This document shows positions 1-7,279 of a DNA stretch of 38,260 nucleotides, piece after piece (position 1 is the first letter of the stretch; every line of letters starts with the position of its first letter). The translations under genes and the position numbers were made by a program. The stretch comes from Gemmatimonadales bacterium (GTDB lineage Bacteria > Gemmatimonadota > Gemmatimonadetes > Gemmatimonadales > GWC2-71-9): positions 1 to 38,260 of the forward strand of contig JBBQQJ010000003.1 of assembly GCA_038216165.1 (NCBI GenBank), given 5' to 3'. The notes under the pieces are model-generated. The model was not told the DNA's origin and made no database searches. It saw nothing but the letters and a program-made list of their open reading frames with translations.

Positions 1-402
1 CGACTGCGACAACAGGAAGAGGCCGAGGCTCCAGATTACCGGGGCGAGCATCGCGTGACCGCTCGGATAGGAGTGCCAGCCGGCGCCCGCCAGCTTGTCG
101 ATCACGGTGGGGCGTGGCCGCTGGAACGACGCCTTGGCCAGCACATAGACCACCTGCGCCGAGAGGGCGCAGAATACATATAGCCGCGCGCACCGCGGGC
201 GTCCGAGCCGCCAGAGGAGCAGGCCAGCGCCGAGGGCGAATGGAATCTCCACCTCGCCGTCACCGAGTACGGTGGCGAAGATCATCAGGTCGAGGGTGAG
301 CCCGCCGCGGACCGTGCCGATCCATTCCAGGATGGCGTCGTCCCAGGCGCCGGTGATGCCGAACACCATCAGGCACGAGATCGCCACGAAGGCGACCATC
401 AT
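1..402 (-). CDS. PAP2-family membrane phosphatase (partial, runs off left edge; start uncertain, ATG 402/399 or GTG 441)
   Basis: Not in the ORF track. Hand translation gives MMVAFVAISCLMVFGITGAWDDAILEWIG...LAKASFQRPRP...WHSYPSGHAML, containing the PAP2 C1 (KxxxxRPRP) and C2 (PSGH) motifs and hydrophobic helices. Confidence 0.8.
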   Translation of the reverse strand, partial: MMVAFVAISCLMVFGITGAWDDAILEWIGTVRGGLTLDLMIFATVLGDGEVEIPFALGAGLLLWRLGRPRCARLYVFCALSAQVVYVLAKASFQRPRPTVIDKLAGAGWHSYPSGHAMLAPVIWSLGLFLLSQS

Positions 403-517
403 CCCGGCGCAGGGGCGTGAAATGCTCGTTGGGTAGGCCACCGACGGAAGCTACTCGGGCCCGGCGGTCTGAGGGGGCGCCGTCATCCGACTGTGACCCC
501 GGAGGCTATATTCTGCC

Positions 518-2197
518 ATGCACTCCACCTTTGCCTCGCTCGGCCTGTCGCCGGTGCTCGTCGATGCCCTCACCGGCCTCGGATATGAAGAACCGACCCC
601 GGTCCAGCAGGCCGCCATCCCGCACCTGCTCGAAGGGCGCGACATCCTCGCCCAGGCAGCGACGGGGACGGGCAAGACCGCCGCCTTTGCACTTCCCCTG
701 CTCCAGCGGCTGCCGCAGACGGCCCCGGAGCCCTCCAAGCCCGCGATTCTGGTGTTGACCCCGACCCGCGAACTCGCGGTGCAGGTGGCCGAGGCGTTCC
801 ACCGATATGGCCGGGCACTGGGCGCACTGACGGTGCCGATCTACGGCGGTCAGGAGTTCTCGCAACAGATCCGCGTCCTCCGGCGCGGGGTGCACGTGGT
901 GGTCGCGACCCCGGGTCGGGCGCTCGACCACATGCGCCGCAACACGCTCGACCTCAGCAGCCTGATGGCCGTGGTGCTCGACGAGGCCGACGAGATGCTC
1001 GACATGGGCTTCGCCGACGAGATCGAGGCGATCCTCGAGGCAACGCCGGAGGGGCGCCAGACCGCGCTCTTCTCCGCCACGATGGCACCGCGCATCGCGA
1101 AGATCGCCAAGAAGCACTTGCGCGATCCAGCCCAGGTATTGGTGGCGCAGGAGGCGACCGCCGCCGGCGAGATGCCGAAGGTCCGCCAGACGGCGTACGT
1201 CGTGGCGCGCGGCCAGAAGGTGCAGGCGCTCGGGCGAGTGCTCGACCTCGAGGCGCCGACGCTCGCGCTGATCTTCTGCCGCACCCGCAATGAGGTCGAT
1301 GCCCTCGCCGAGTCGCTTGGCGGCCGCGGCTACCAGGTGCAGGCGCTGCACGGCGGGATGACGCAGGACCAGCGTGATCGGGTGATGAAGCGCACGCGTG
1401 GCGGTACGGTGGACATCCTCGTCGCGACCGACGTCGCGGCACGCGGGCTCGACATCGAGCAGATCACCCACGTGGTGAACTTCAACGTGCCCGAATCACC
1501 GGCGGCGTACGTGCACCGGATCGGGCGCACCGGACGCGCCGGTCGCGAGGGCGTGGCGATCACCTTCGCCGAGCCGCGCGAGCACCGGATGATCAAGAAC
1601 ATCGAGCAGCTCACTCGGCAAAAGGTCGAGATCGCGCGGCTCCCGACGGTGCTCGACGTGCGCAACAAGCAACTCGAGGTGACGCGCGCGTCAATCCGCG
1701 AGGCGATTCTCGGCGGCGACCTCGACGGCTACCGCGTGGTGGTCGAGTCGCTGGCGGAGGAGCACGACATCATGGACATCGCCACCGCCGCGGTGAAGCT
1801 GGCGCACCAGGCGGAAGTGGGCGCGATCGAGGAGGCGGAGATCGAGCAGCCGCCGCTGCAGCGCGAGCGACCGGGGGTGAGTGCGCGCAGCAGCAGCAGC
1901 AGCGGGCCGCGCAGTCGCGAGACCGCCGCGCCGCGCAAGCGTTCGGTGGGGATGTCGCGGATCTACATCGGCAGCGGCCGAAAGGACAACATGCGGCCCG
2001 CCGACCTCGTGGGTGCGATCGCCAACGAGGCGCAGATCGAGGCGAAGCAGATCGGTTCGATCGAGATCACCGACCGCTTCTCGCTGGTGGAACTGCCCGA
2101 GGAACTGGTGGATAGCGTGATCGCCGCGCTGCGGGCGACGAAGATCAAGGGGAAGCGGCAGACAGTGCGGCGCGACATGGCGACGAAGCGGGCGTAG
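518..2197 (+). CDS. deaD: ATP-dependent DEAD-box RNA helicase, DeaD/CsdA type with C-terminal DbpA-like RNA-binding domain
   Basis: Q motif (GYEEPTPVQ), ATGTGKT, PTRELA, DEAD, SAT and HRIGRTGRAG motifs; C-terminal GSGRKDNMRPADLVGAI...IGSIEI region is typical of DbpA domains. Confidence 0.92.
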   Translation: MHSTFASLGLSPVLVDALTGLGYEEPTPVQQAAIPHLLEGRDILAQAATGTGKTAAFALPLLQRLPQTAPEPSKPAILVLTPTRELAVQVAEAFHRYGRALGALTVPIYGGQEFSQQIRVLRRGVHVVVATPGRALDHMRRNTLDLSSLMAVVLDEADEMLDMGFADEIEAILEATPEGRQTALFSATMAPRIAKIAKKHLRDPAQVLVAQEATAAGEMPKVRQTAYVVARGQKVQALGRVLDLEAPTLALIFCRTRNEVDALAESLGGRGYQVQALHGGMTQDQRDRVMKRTRGGTVDILVATDVAARGLDIEQITHVVNFNVPESPAAYVHRIGRTGRAGREGVAITFAEPREHRMIKNIEQLTRQKVEIARLPTVLDVRNKQLEVTRASIREAILGGDLDGYRVVVESLAEEHDIMDIATAAVKLAHQAEVGAIEEAEIEQPPLQRERPGVSARSSSSSGPRSRETAAPRKRSVGMSRIYIGSGRKDNMRPADLVGAIANEAQIEAKQIGSIEITDRFSLVELPEELVDSVIAALRATKIKGKRQTVRRDMATKRA

Positions 2198-2203
2198 CTG
2201 AAT

Positions 2204-2242
2204 AAAGAGAGAAAGAGAGAAGGAGAGAAAGAGAGAAAGAAA
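2204..2242 (+). repeat. Purine-only (AAAGAGAG)n tandem tract; left half of an inverted pair with 4916-4949
   Basis: aaagagagaaagagagaaggagagaaagagagaaagaaa begins 6 nt after the deaD stop codon. Confidence 0.9.
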
Positions 2243-2261
2243 TCCTCGTCCCGAACGGACC

Positions 2262-2398
2262 CCCTCGTCCCGAACGCAGTGCTTGTCCCGAGCCTAGCGA
2301 GGGAAGGGACCTCGGCTGGTGCCACCATCCGGGCCCCTGACTATCGAGGTCGATCATTCCGCCAGCGCAGAGGTCCCTCACTGCGTTCGGGACGAGGG
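2262..2398. repeat. REPIN-like palindromic element copy R1 (137 bp = 114-bp unit + 23-bp insert at 2282-2304); preceded by a 14-bp partial arm at 2244-2257
   Basis: Left arm ccctcgtcccgaacgcagtg[insert]agggacctc, right arm gaggtccctcactgcgttcgggacgaggg; the core is nearly identical to R2 and R4. Confidence 0.92.
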
Positions 2399-2409
2399 AA
2401 CAGTCAGCC

Positions 2410-2742
2410 CTACGACCCCAGCACGTACCCGATCACCGCACCGATCAGCCCCACACCAGCCGCCAAGACCGCGGCCCGGAACGTCCCGGCGGGTACCTCG
2501 ACCACGTCGCGGACTACGGTGTAGCCGAGGACAGCACCGACGACACCTCCCACGATCGTCCAGGTGCGCTGGCGTTTGGATTTCATCTCACTGATCGCAC
2601 CTGACGGAATTTGGCGTGAATCAATGACGACTTCCGTCTGTGGCTGGCTCAAACCGATCCGTGTGCTCGATTGGCCGATGAGTCGATCCAGGGGTGCGCA
2701 CGTCAAGACGAGCGCGAGGAGTACGGACGAGATCTTGATCAT
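2410..2742 (-). CDS. Small hypothetical exported/membrane protein with C-terminal glycine-rich hydrophobic helices (alternative start 2754)
   Basis: MIKISSVLLALVLTCAPL signal-like N-terminus, then IVGGVVGAVLGY and GVGLIGAVIGYVLGS glycine-zipper-like helices. The ORF-track N-terminal extension runs through repeat R2 and is probably not real. Low GC (29/60 at 2581-2640, hand count). Confidence 0.65.
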   Translation of the reverse strand: MIKISSVLLALVLTCAPLDRLIGQSSTRIGLSQPQTEVVIDSRQIPSGAISEMKSKRQRTWTIVGGVVGAVLGYTVVRDVVEVPAGTFRAAVLAAGVGLIGAVIGYVLGS

Positions 2743-2785
2743 TTCAGCAACCATGTACGCCTTTGAGTTGCGTCGATGCGCCGGT

Positions 2786-2899
2786 CCCTCGTCCCGACCG
2801 TAGGGAGGGACCTCGGCCGGTGCCACCATCCGGGCCCCTGACTATCGAGGTCGATCATTCCGCAAGCGCAGAGGTCCCTCACTGCGTTCGGGACGAGGG
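2786..2899. repeat. REPIN-like palindromic element copy R2 (114 bp)
   Basis: 29-bp arms ccctcgtcccgaccgtagggagggacctc / gaggtccctcactgcgttcgggacgaggg around a 56-bp core. Confidence 0.93.
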
Positions 2900-3004
2900 T
2901 GCTCCGAGTGGCCGCTAAACTCTACCATGGAATCTCCATAGTTTACCTTAGCTCCTAAACCACACCATGGGGTGCGCTTTCAGCGCAATCTGTCTCCCGC
3001 CCCC

Positions 3005-4159
3005 CTACCGTTCCCCCGCTCCAACCAACCTCGGCATCACCACCACCCACGTCGGATCGTAGGGATCCGAGTCCGCTGCGCGGCCCAACAGGACACCTCG
3101 ACCGGTGCCACCCCAGAGGGAACGGTCGAACTGCTGGAAGGCGACCAGCGTCCCGCGGACCGGGTCGATGACCTCGATCCGGGTGTCGGTGTAGTGCGCG
3201 GGATTTGTGATTCTCGGTGCGATTGCCTCGCCGGTCCCGTCCCGGCGCCCGCTCTGCGGAGCGGCCGCGATCGCTGTGCGCCAGCGTGGATCAGGGACGC
3301 GCAGGACCACCCAGAGCAGGCCCGCATCGTCCTGCCAGAAGCCGACAACCCTGGATTGCGGCGGGCGGTCCGCGGAGGGGCGGACGACACCGGTGGCGGG
3401 GAACGGCGGATACCACGGCGCGTCCCGGTCAATCACCCGTCGTGGGGTCCGTTCTCCGACACCCCACAGCTCGACTGAATAGCTGCCGTTCTCGCGGAAA
3501 ACCCAGACTTCATCGGGGCGACTGCCACTGGCGCGCGTCGTGAAGAACCGCATGCGCCAATGCTCGGTGGGTCGCAGGTTGCCCTGCTTGGTGCCAAACG
3601 AACGCCCCATCACTCCCTGGCGCGAGAGCTCATGAAACGGATACCCGATCCGGTCAGCCTGCCCGACGACCTCATTCAGCACGAAGCGACCGTCAGCGGT
3701 TTCCACCGGGTTGCCGAGCCCCGACGGAGCGCGGAACGAGCGGACAAACCGCCCATCGGGGGAGAGCACACTGGCGCGCTGGAGCATCGGATCGAACAGC
3801 AGCAAGGAATCGCCGCGGGTCACGAGGATGTTCCGGAGCATCCTGAACTCGCCGGGGCCTTCGCCGGCCCGTTCCCACCCGCGCACGAACTGGCCCGTCG
3901 GTGAGAACAGCATGTACTCCGACGGGGGGCCGAACGCCAGATGGATTCGACCGGCGCCATCGACGTTCACGTCGGCCGGAATACCAGGCATGCCCGCTGG
4001 AGGTGCGGCGAGTTCAACGGTGCGGTCGAGCACGATGCGGCAGGCAGCGCACGCGGCCTTGTCCGCAATGGTGATTCTCTGTTGCGCCGCGACCGAACCG
4101 CCAACGATCAGGGTGACTGCCATCACGCACGCGACGATGCGCATCACTTTACCGAACAC
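3005..4159 (-). CDS. Secreted 6-bladed beta-propeller (NHL/TolB-like) protein; start GTG 4159 (GGAGG upstream) or ATG 4144
   Basis: Signal peptide MRIVACVMAVTLIVGGSVAA-Q; the GEGPGEFR motif, GDSLLLFD and SPDGRFVRSF blades are typical of this propeller family. Confidence 0.75.
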   Translation of the reverse strand: MFGKVMRIVACVMAVTLIVGGSVAAQQRITIADKAACAACRIVLDRTVELAAPPAGMPGIPADVNVDGAGRIHLAFGPPSEYMLFSPTGQFVRGWERAGEGPGEFRMLRNILVTRGDSLLLFDPMLQRASVLSPDGRFVRSFRAPSGLGNPVETADGRFVLNEVVGQADRIGYPFHELSRQGVMGRSFGTKQGNLRPTEHWRMRFFTTRASGSRPDEVWVFRENGSYSVELWGVGERTPRRVIDRDAPWYPPFPATGVVRPSADRPPQSRVVGFWQDDAGLLWVVLRVPDPRWRTAIAAAPQSGRRDGTGEAIAPRITNPAHYTDTRIEVIDPVRGTLVAFQQFDRSLWGGTGRGVLLGRAADSDPYDPTWVVVMPRLVGAGER

Positions 4160-4215
4160 GGCGGTCCTCCGGATGTAGAGTTTCCGATTGATCACCACCA
4201 TCATCACTGCCCGAT

Positions 4216-4329
4216 CCCTCGTCCCGAACGAAGGGAGGGACCTCTGCCGGTGCCACCATCCGGTACCGTTGCCACCAAGGTCGATCATTCCGCCAGGGCA
4301 GAGGTCCCTCCCTCCGGTCGGGACGAGGG
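4216..4329. repeat. REPIN-like palindromic element copy R3 (114 bp, most diverged core)
   Basis: Arms ccctcgtcccgaacgaagggagggacctctgcc / ggcagaggtccctccctccggtcgggacgaggg. Confidence 0.92.
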
Positions 4330-4344
4330 CCATCGATCAGCCGA

Positions 4345-4737
4345 CTACACCAGCCGCTCCAGCCGACCCTTCCGCTTCACCAGATTCTTGTAGTCCCATT
4401 GGATGTCGCGCCCCTTGGCACACCAACGCTGGAGGTCGGCCGTTCGGACCTGCGCCACATCGGTGAAGGTGACCGACGCGTCCTTGAATTTGGCTCCACG
4501 ATCAACGAGGCCGGGCTCCTCAAACGACTGGCCGCTCCAGAACATCAGCCGCACGCCGTCCTTGAGCTTGCTGTACCCCGCGATCGGGTTGCCATCCAGA
4601 AACCAGACCGGGTGCGCGTGCCACACCTTCTGCTCGGCATCGGGAAGGTGGCGGCTGATCTCCGCCGCGAGGAGCTCGCAGATGGCGCGATCAGCCGGGG
4701 CGAGCCCGTCGTGGTAACGAGCGATGTCAGGGTGCAT
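4345..4737 (-). CDS. DUF1801 (YdhG-like) domain protein (alternative GTG start 4752)
   Basis: EQKVWHAHPVWFLDGNPIAGYSKLKDGVRLMFWSGQSFEEPGL...IQWDYKNLVKRKGRLERL is a recognisable DUF1801 subfamily signature. Confidence 0.85.
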   Translation of the reverse strand: MHPDIARYHDGLAPADRAICELLAAEISRHLPDAEQKVWHAHPVWFLDGNPIAGYSKLKDGVRLMFWSGQSFEEPGLVDRGAKFKDASVTFTDVAQVRTADLQRWCAKGRDIQWDYKNLVKRKGRLERLV

Positions 4738-4793
4738 GGATGCTGGCGACACGGTGCCTCCCTGGGCAAACGTCATTTCAGAGCACTGTGGAC

Positions 4794-4907
4794 CCCTCGT
4801 CCCGAACGCAGTGAGGGACCTCGGCCGGTGCCACCACCCGGTCCCCTGACTATCGAGGTCTATCATTCCGCAAGCGCAGAGGTCCCTCACTGCGTTCGGG
4901 ACGAGGG
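4794..4907. repeat. REPIN-like palindromic element copy R4 (114 bp, perfect 29-bp arms)
   Basis: ccctcgtcccgaacgcagtgagggacctc ... gaggtccctcactgcgttcgggacgaggg. Confidence 0.93.
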
Positions 4908-4915
4908 GGTATGCC

Positions 4916-4949
4916 TTCTCTCTTTCTCTCTTTCTCTCTTTCTCTCTTT
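4916..4949 (-). repeat. Pyrimidine tract, (AAAGAGAG)x4 on the minus strand; right half of the inverted pair with 2204-2242
   Basis: ttctctctttctctctttctctctttctctcttt overlaps the ltaE TAA stop codon. Confidence 0.9.
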
Positions 4950-5964
4950 ACAGCTTTCCTAGCAGCGCATCCACATCATCACTGTCCGTCGCCCACGAGC
5001 ACATCAGCCGCACCTCGTGGCGCGTCTCGTCCCACTCGTAAAAGTGGAAATCCCGTTGCAGCCGCTCGATCATCTCCGGCGCCATCAGCGCGAACACCGC
5101 GTTCGCCTCCACCTGCTGCGTGACCGTGATGCCCTTCGCCGAGAGCCCCGCCGCGAGTCGCTGCGCCATTGAGTTCGCTTGCCGAGCATTGTCGAGCCAG
5201 AGATCGTGCTCCGCCAGCGCCACCACCTGTGCCGCCAGGAAGCGCATCTTGGACGCCAACTGGGTGGACTGCTTCCGGATGTACTTGAACTGCGGCACCA
5301 GTGCGGGGTTCAGCAACACCACCGCCTCTGCACCGATCGCCCCGTTCTTGGTGAGTCCGAAGGAGAGCGCATCGACCCCGGTATCGGTGATCAGCTCGCG
5401 CAACGTCACGTCGAGCGATGCGGCGGCGTTGGCGATCCGCGCACCATCCACGTGCACCAGCAGGCCGTGGCCGTATGCCTCCGCCACCAGCGCGCCGAGT
5501 CCGTCCACCGTGTAGGCCGTGCCATACTCGGTGGTCTGCGTGAGCGAGAGCACCCGCGGCTGCACGTGATGCTCGAACCCGACGCCCTTGAGCGCCGCGG
5601 CGCGCACCTGTTCCACCGTGAGTTTGGCATCAACGCTGGGCAGGTCAAGCAGTTTGCATCCGCCGAGCAACTCGGGCGCACCGCACTCGTCCACGTGGAT
5701 GTGCGCCTGGTCGCTGCAGATGACGGCCTCCCACGGCCGAGTCATCGCGCGCAATGCACTGACGTTGGCCCCGGTGCCGTTCCACACCAGGAACGATTCC
5801 GCGTGCCCACCGAACTGATCCTTGAACCACGCCTCGGCACGCCGGGTCCAGACGTCATTGCCGTAGGCGCCCGCGCTGTCGGCATTGGCCGCCACCATCG
5901 CGTCGAGCACCACCGGGTGCGCGGGCGCGGCGTTGTCGCTGCGGAACTCTCCGGGCAGGCTCAC
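4948..5964 (-). CDS. ltaE: Low-specificity L-threonine aldolase (PLP-dependent)
   Basis: FRSDN, AYGND, GTGAN, HIHVDECGAPE, HVDGARIANA and SFGLTKNG (PLP lysine) motifs. Confidence 0.88.
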   Translation of the reverse strand: MSLPGEFRSDNAAPAHPVVLDAMVAANADSAGAYGNDVWTRRAEAWFKDQFGGHAESFLVWNGTGANVSALRAMTRPWEAVICSDQAHIHVDECGAPELLGGCKLLDLPSVDAKLTVEQVRAAALKGVGFEHHVQPRVLSLTQTTEYGTAYTVDGLGALVAEAYGHGLLVHVDGARIANAAASLDVTLRELITDTGVDALSFGLTKNGAIGAEAVVLLNPALVPQFKYIRKQSTQLASKMRFLAAQVVALAEHDLWLDNARQANSMAQRLAAGLSAKGITVTQQVEANAVFALMAPEMIERLQRDFHFYEWDETRHEVRLMCSWATDSDDVDALLGKL

Positions 5965-6335
5965 GATTCCTCGGGCGGCGAGACGTTGTCTTCCCAGAGC
6001 GCGATCACGTTGCCATCGGGGTCGGCGACCATCGCCATGATCCCGAAACCCTGTTGCGTCGGCTCGGCCTTGAAGGTCACTCCCGCCTCCCCCAGCCGCG
6101 AGCAGAACTCCAGCAGGTTCGGCACCTGCAGCGTGATCCCGGTTTCACGACCGACCATGGCCCGCGAGGCCGGGTGCTGTGCCGGGTGTACGCCGATGTG
6201 CGGTGGCCGCTCGAGGAACTGGAAGCCGAACGATCCCTGCACCGCGAGCGGCAGGCCGAGGTGCTCCTCGTAGAAAAGGCGGGCACGCTCGAGGTCGGTC
6301 ACGAAGATGGCGACGGATTGCAGGGTCGGGGTCAT
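5961..6335 (-). CDS. VOC/glyoxalase-bleomycin resistance family protein (alternative GTG 6341 overlapping the queG stop)
   Basis: VAIFVTDLERARLFYEEHLGL...DPDGNVIAL. Confidence 0.88.
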   Translation of the reverse strand: MTPTLQSVAIFVTDLERARLFYEEHLGLPLAVQGSFGFQFLERPPHIGVHPAQHPASRAMVGRETGITLQVPNLLEFCSRLGEAGVTFKAEPTQQGFGIMAMVADPDGNVIALWEDNVSPPEES

Positions 6336-6337
6336 GG

Positions 6338-7279
6338 TCACTCGGGGTGCCGACTCGCCACCGCGAGCCGGACGTTGCGGCGCATCCGCTCCAGGCCGGG
6401 GCGCGCCAAGGGTGTTTCCGCAAAGTGGGCGGTGAACTCCGCCTCGCTCATCGCCGCAAAATAGGCGGGATCCCGCCGGTCCGGCGCCGGCCGCCGGGCA
6501 TACTCCGGCTCCTTCGTGGCCTCGGCGAACTTCACGTTCCACGGGCAGGCATCGTTGCACACGTCGCACCCGAACGCCCACCCGTCCCACTGCGGCCCCA
6601 GCTCGGCCGGTGGGTCGGCACGATGCTCGATGGTGAGGTAGCTGAGGCAGCGGGTGGCATCAAGCACCCGCTCGCCCACGAATGCCCCCGTCGGGCAGGC
6701 CTCGAGACAGCGCGTGCAGGTGCCGCAGTGATCCGCCACGAGTGGCTGGTCGGGGGTCAGGTCGAGATCGGTGAAGATCGTGCCGATGAAGGTGTACGAC
6801 CCGATCTGCGGGTGGATCAGCATCGTGTTCTTCCCGATCCACCCCAACCCCGCGCGTTCGGCGAGTTCCCGCTCGGGGACCGGACCATCATCGAGCCACA
6901 CGTGCGCCAGCTCCGCCCCCTCCGCCAGCAACCAGTGGGCGAGCCGGTGCAACCGCCCGTGCGCCACCAGGTGATAGTCGGTCCCGCGCGCGTAGCTCGC
7001 GATTTTGTAGGCGTCGCCCGGCTGCGGTCGCTCATGCTCGGGGGGGGCATAGTTTTCGAGCACCACCACCGCGCTCCGTGCCCCGGGCGTGATGGTGGCG
7101 GGCGCCTTCCGCTTGCGGGCCTGGCGCGGGAGGTAGCCCATGGTGCCCGCATGGCCGGCACGGAGCCAGGCGTCGAGCGCATCGCCGCGGCCACTCGGGT
7201 CGAGGCGCGCCGCCCCGCAGGCCACGAAACCGAGGCGAAGGGCCTCGTCCCGGATGGCCGCGACGGTGGGCGGCGTCAC
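6338..7279 (-). CDS. queG: tRNA epoxyqueuosine(34) reductase
   Basis: YARGTDYH, DDGPVPERELAERAGLGWIGKN, CGTCTRCLEACP, RCLSYLTIE and GCDVCNDACPWN motifs; GTG start overlaps the upstream TGA. Confidence 0.93.
   Translation of the reverse strand: MTPPTVAAIRDEALRLGFVACGAARLDPSGRGDALDAWLRAGHAGTMGYLPRQARKRKAPATITPGARSAVVVLENYAPPEHERPQPGDAYKIASYARGTDYHLVAHGRLHRLAHWLLAEGAELAHVWLDDGPVPERELAERAGLGWIGKNTMLIHPQIGSYTFIGTIFTDLDLTPDQPLVADHCGTCTRCLEACPTGAFVGERVLDATRCLSYLTIEHRADPPAELGPQWDGWAFGCDVCNDACPWNVKFAEATKEPEYARRPAPDRRDPAYFAAMSEAEFTAHFAETPLARPGLERMRRNVRLAVASRHPE

Noticed and set aside
403-486. In-frame ATG at 486 and TAG at 453-451 upstream of the PAP2 gene, suggesting readthrough or a nonsense mutation
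   Set aside because: The extension has no recognisable features and usable starts exist at 441, 402 and 399. It cannot be supported without homologues.
1885-1902. (AGC)n run in deaD
   Set aside because: Short in-frame poly-Ser in the disordered linker, which is ordinary for DeaD proteins.
2145-4890. Similar peptides in track ORFs 2145..2381, 1963..2328 and the N-termini of 2410..2829, 3005..4333 and 4345..4890 (e.g. MRDLC.GMIDL...GWWH)
   Set aside because: They are translations of the DNA repeat. They fall in different frames relative to the cargo genes and would bury signal peptides.
2262-4907. CRISPR array
   Set aside because: Units are 114 bp or longer, spacing is 0.4-1.3 kb and contains whole genes, and there are no cas genes.
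2262-4907. Classical integron attC sites
   Set aside because: No RYYYAAC...GTTRRRY ends or attC-style extrahelical bases in the repeats, and no intI in the window.
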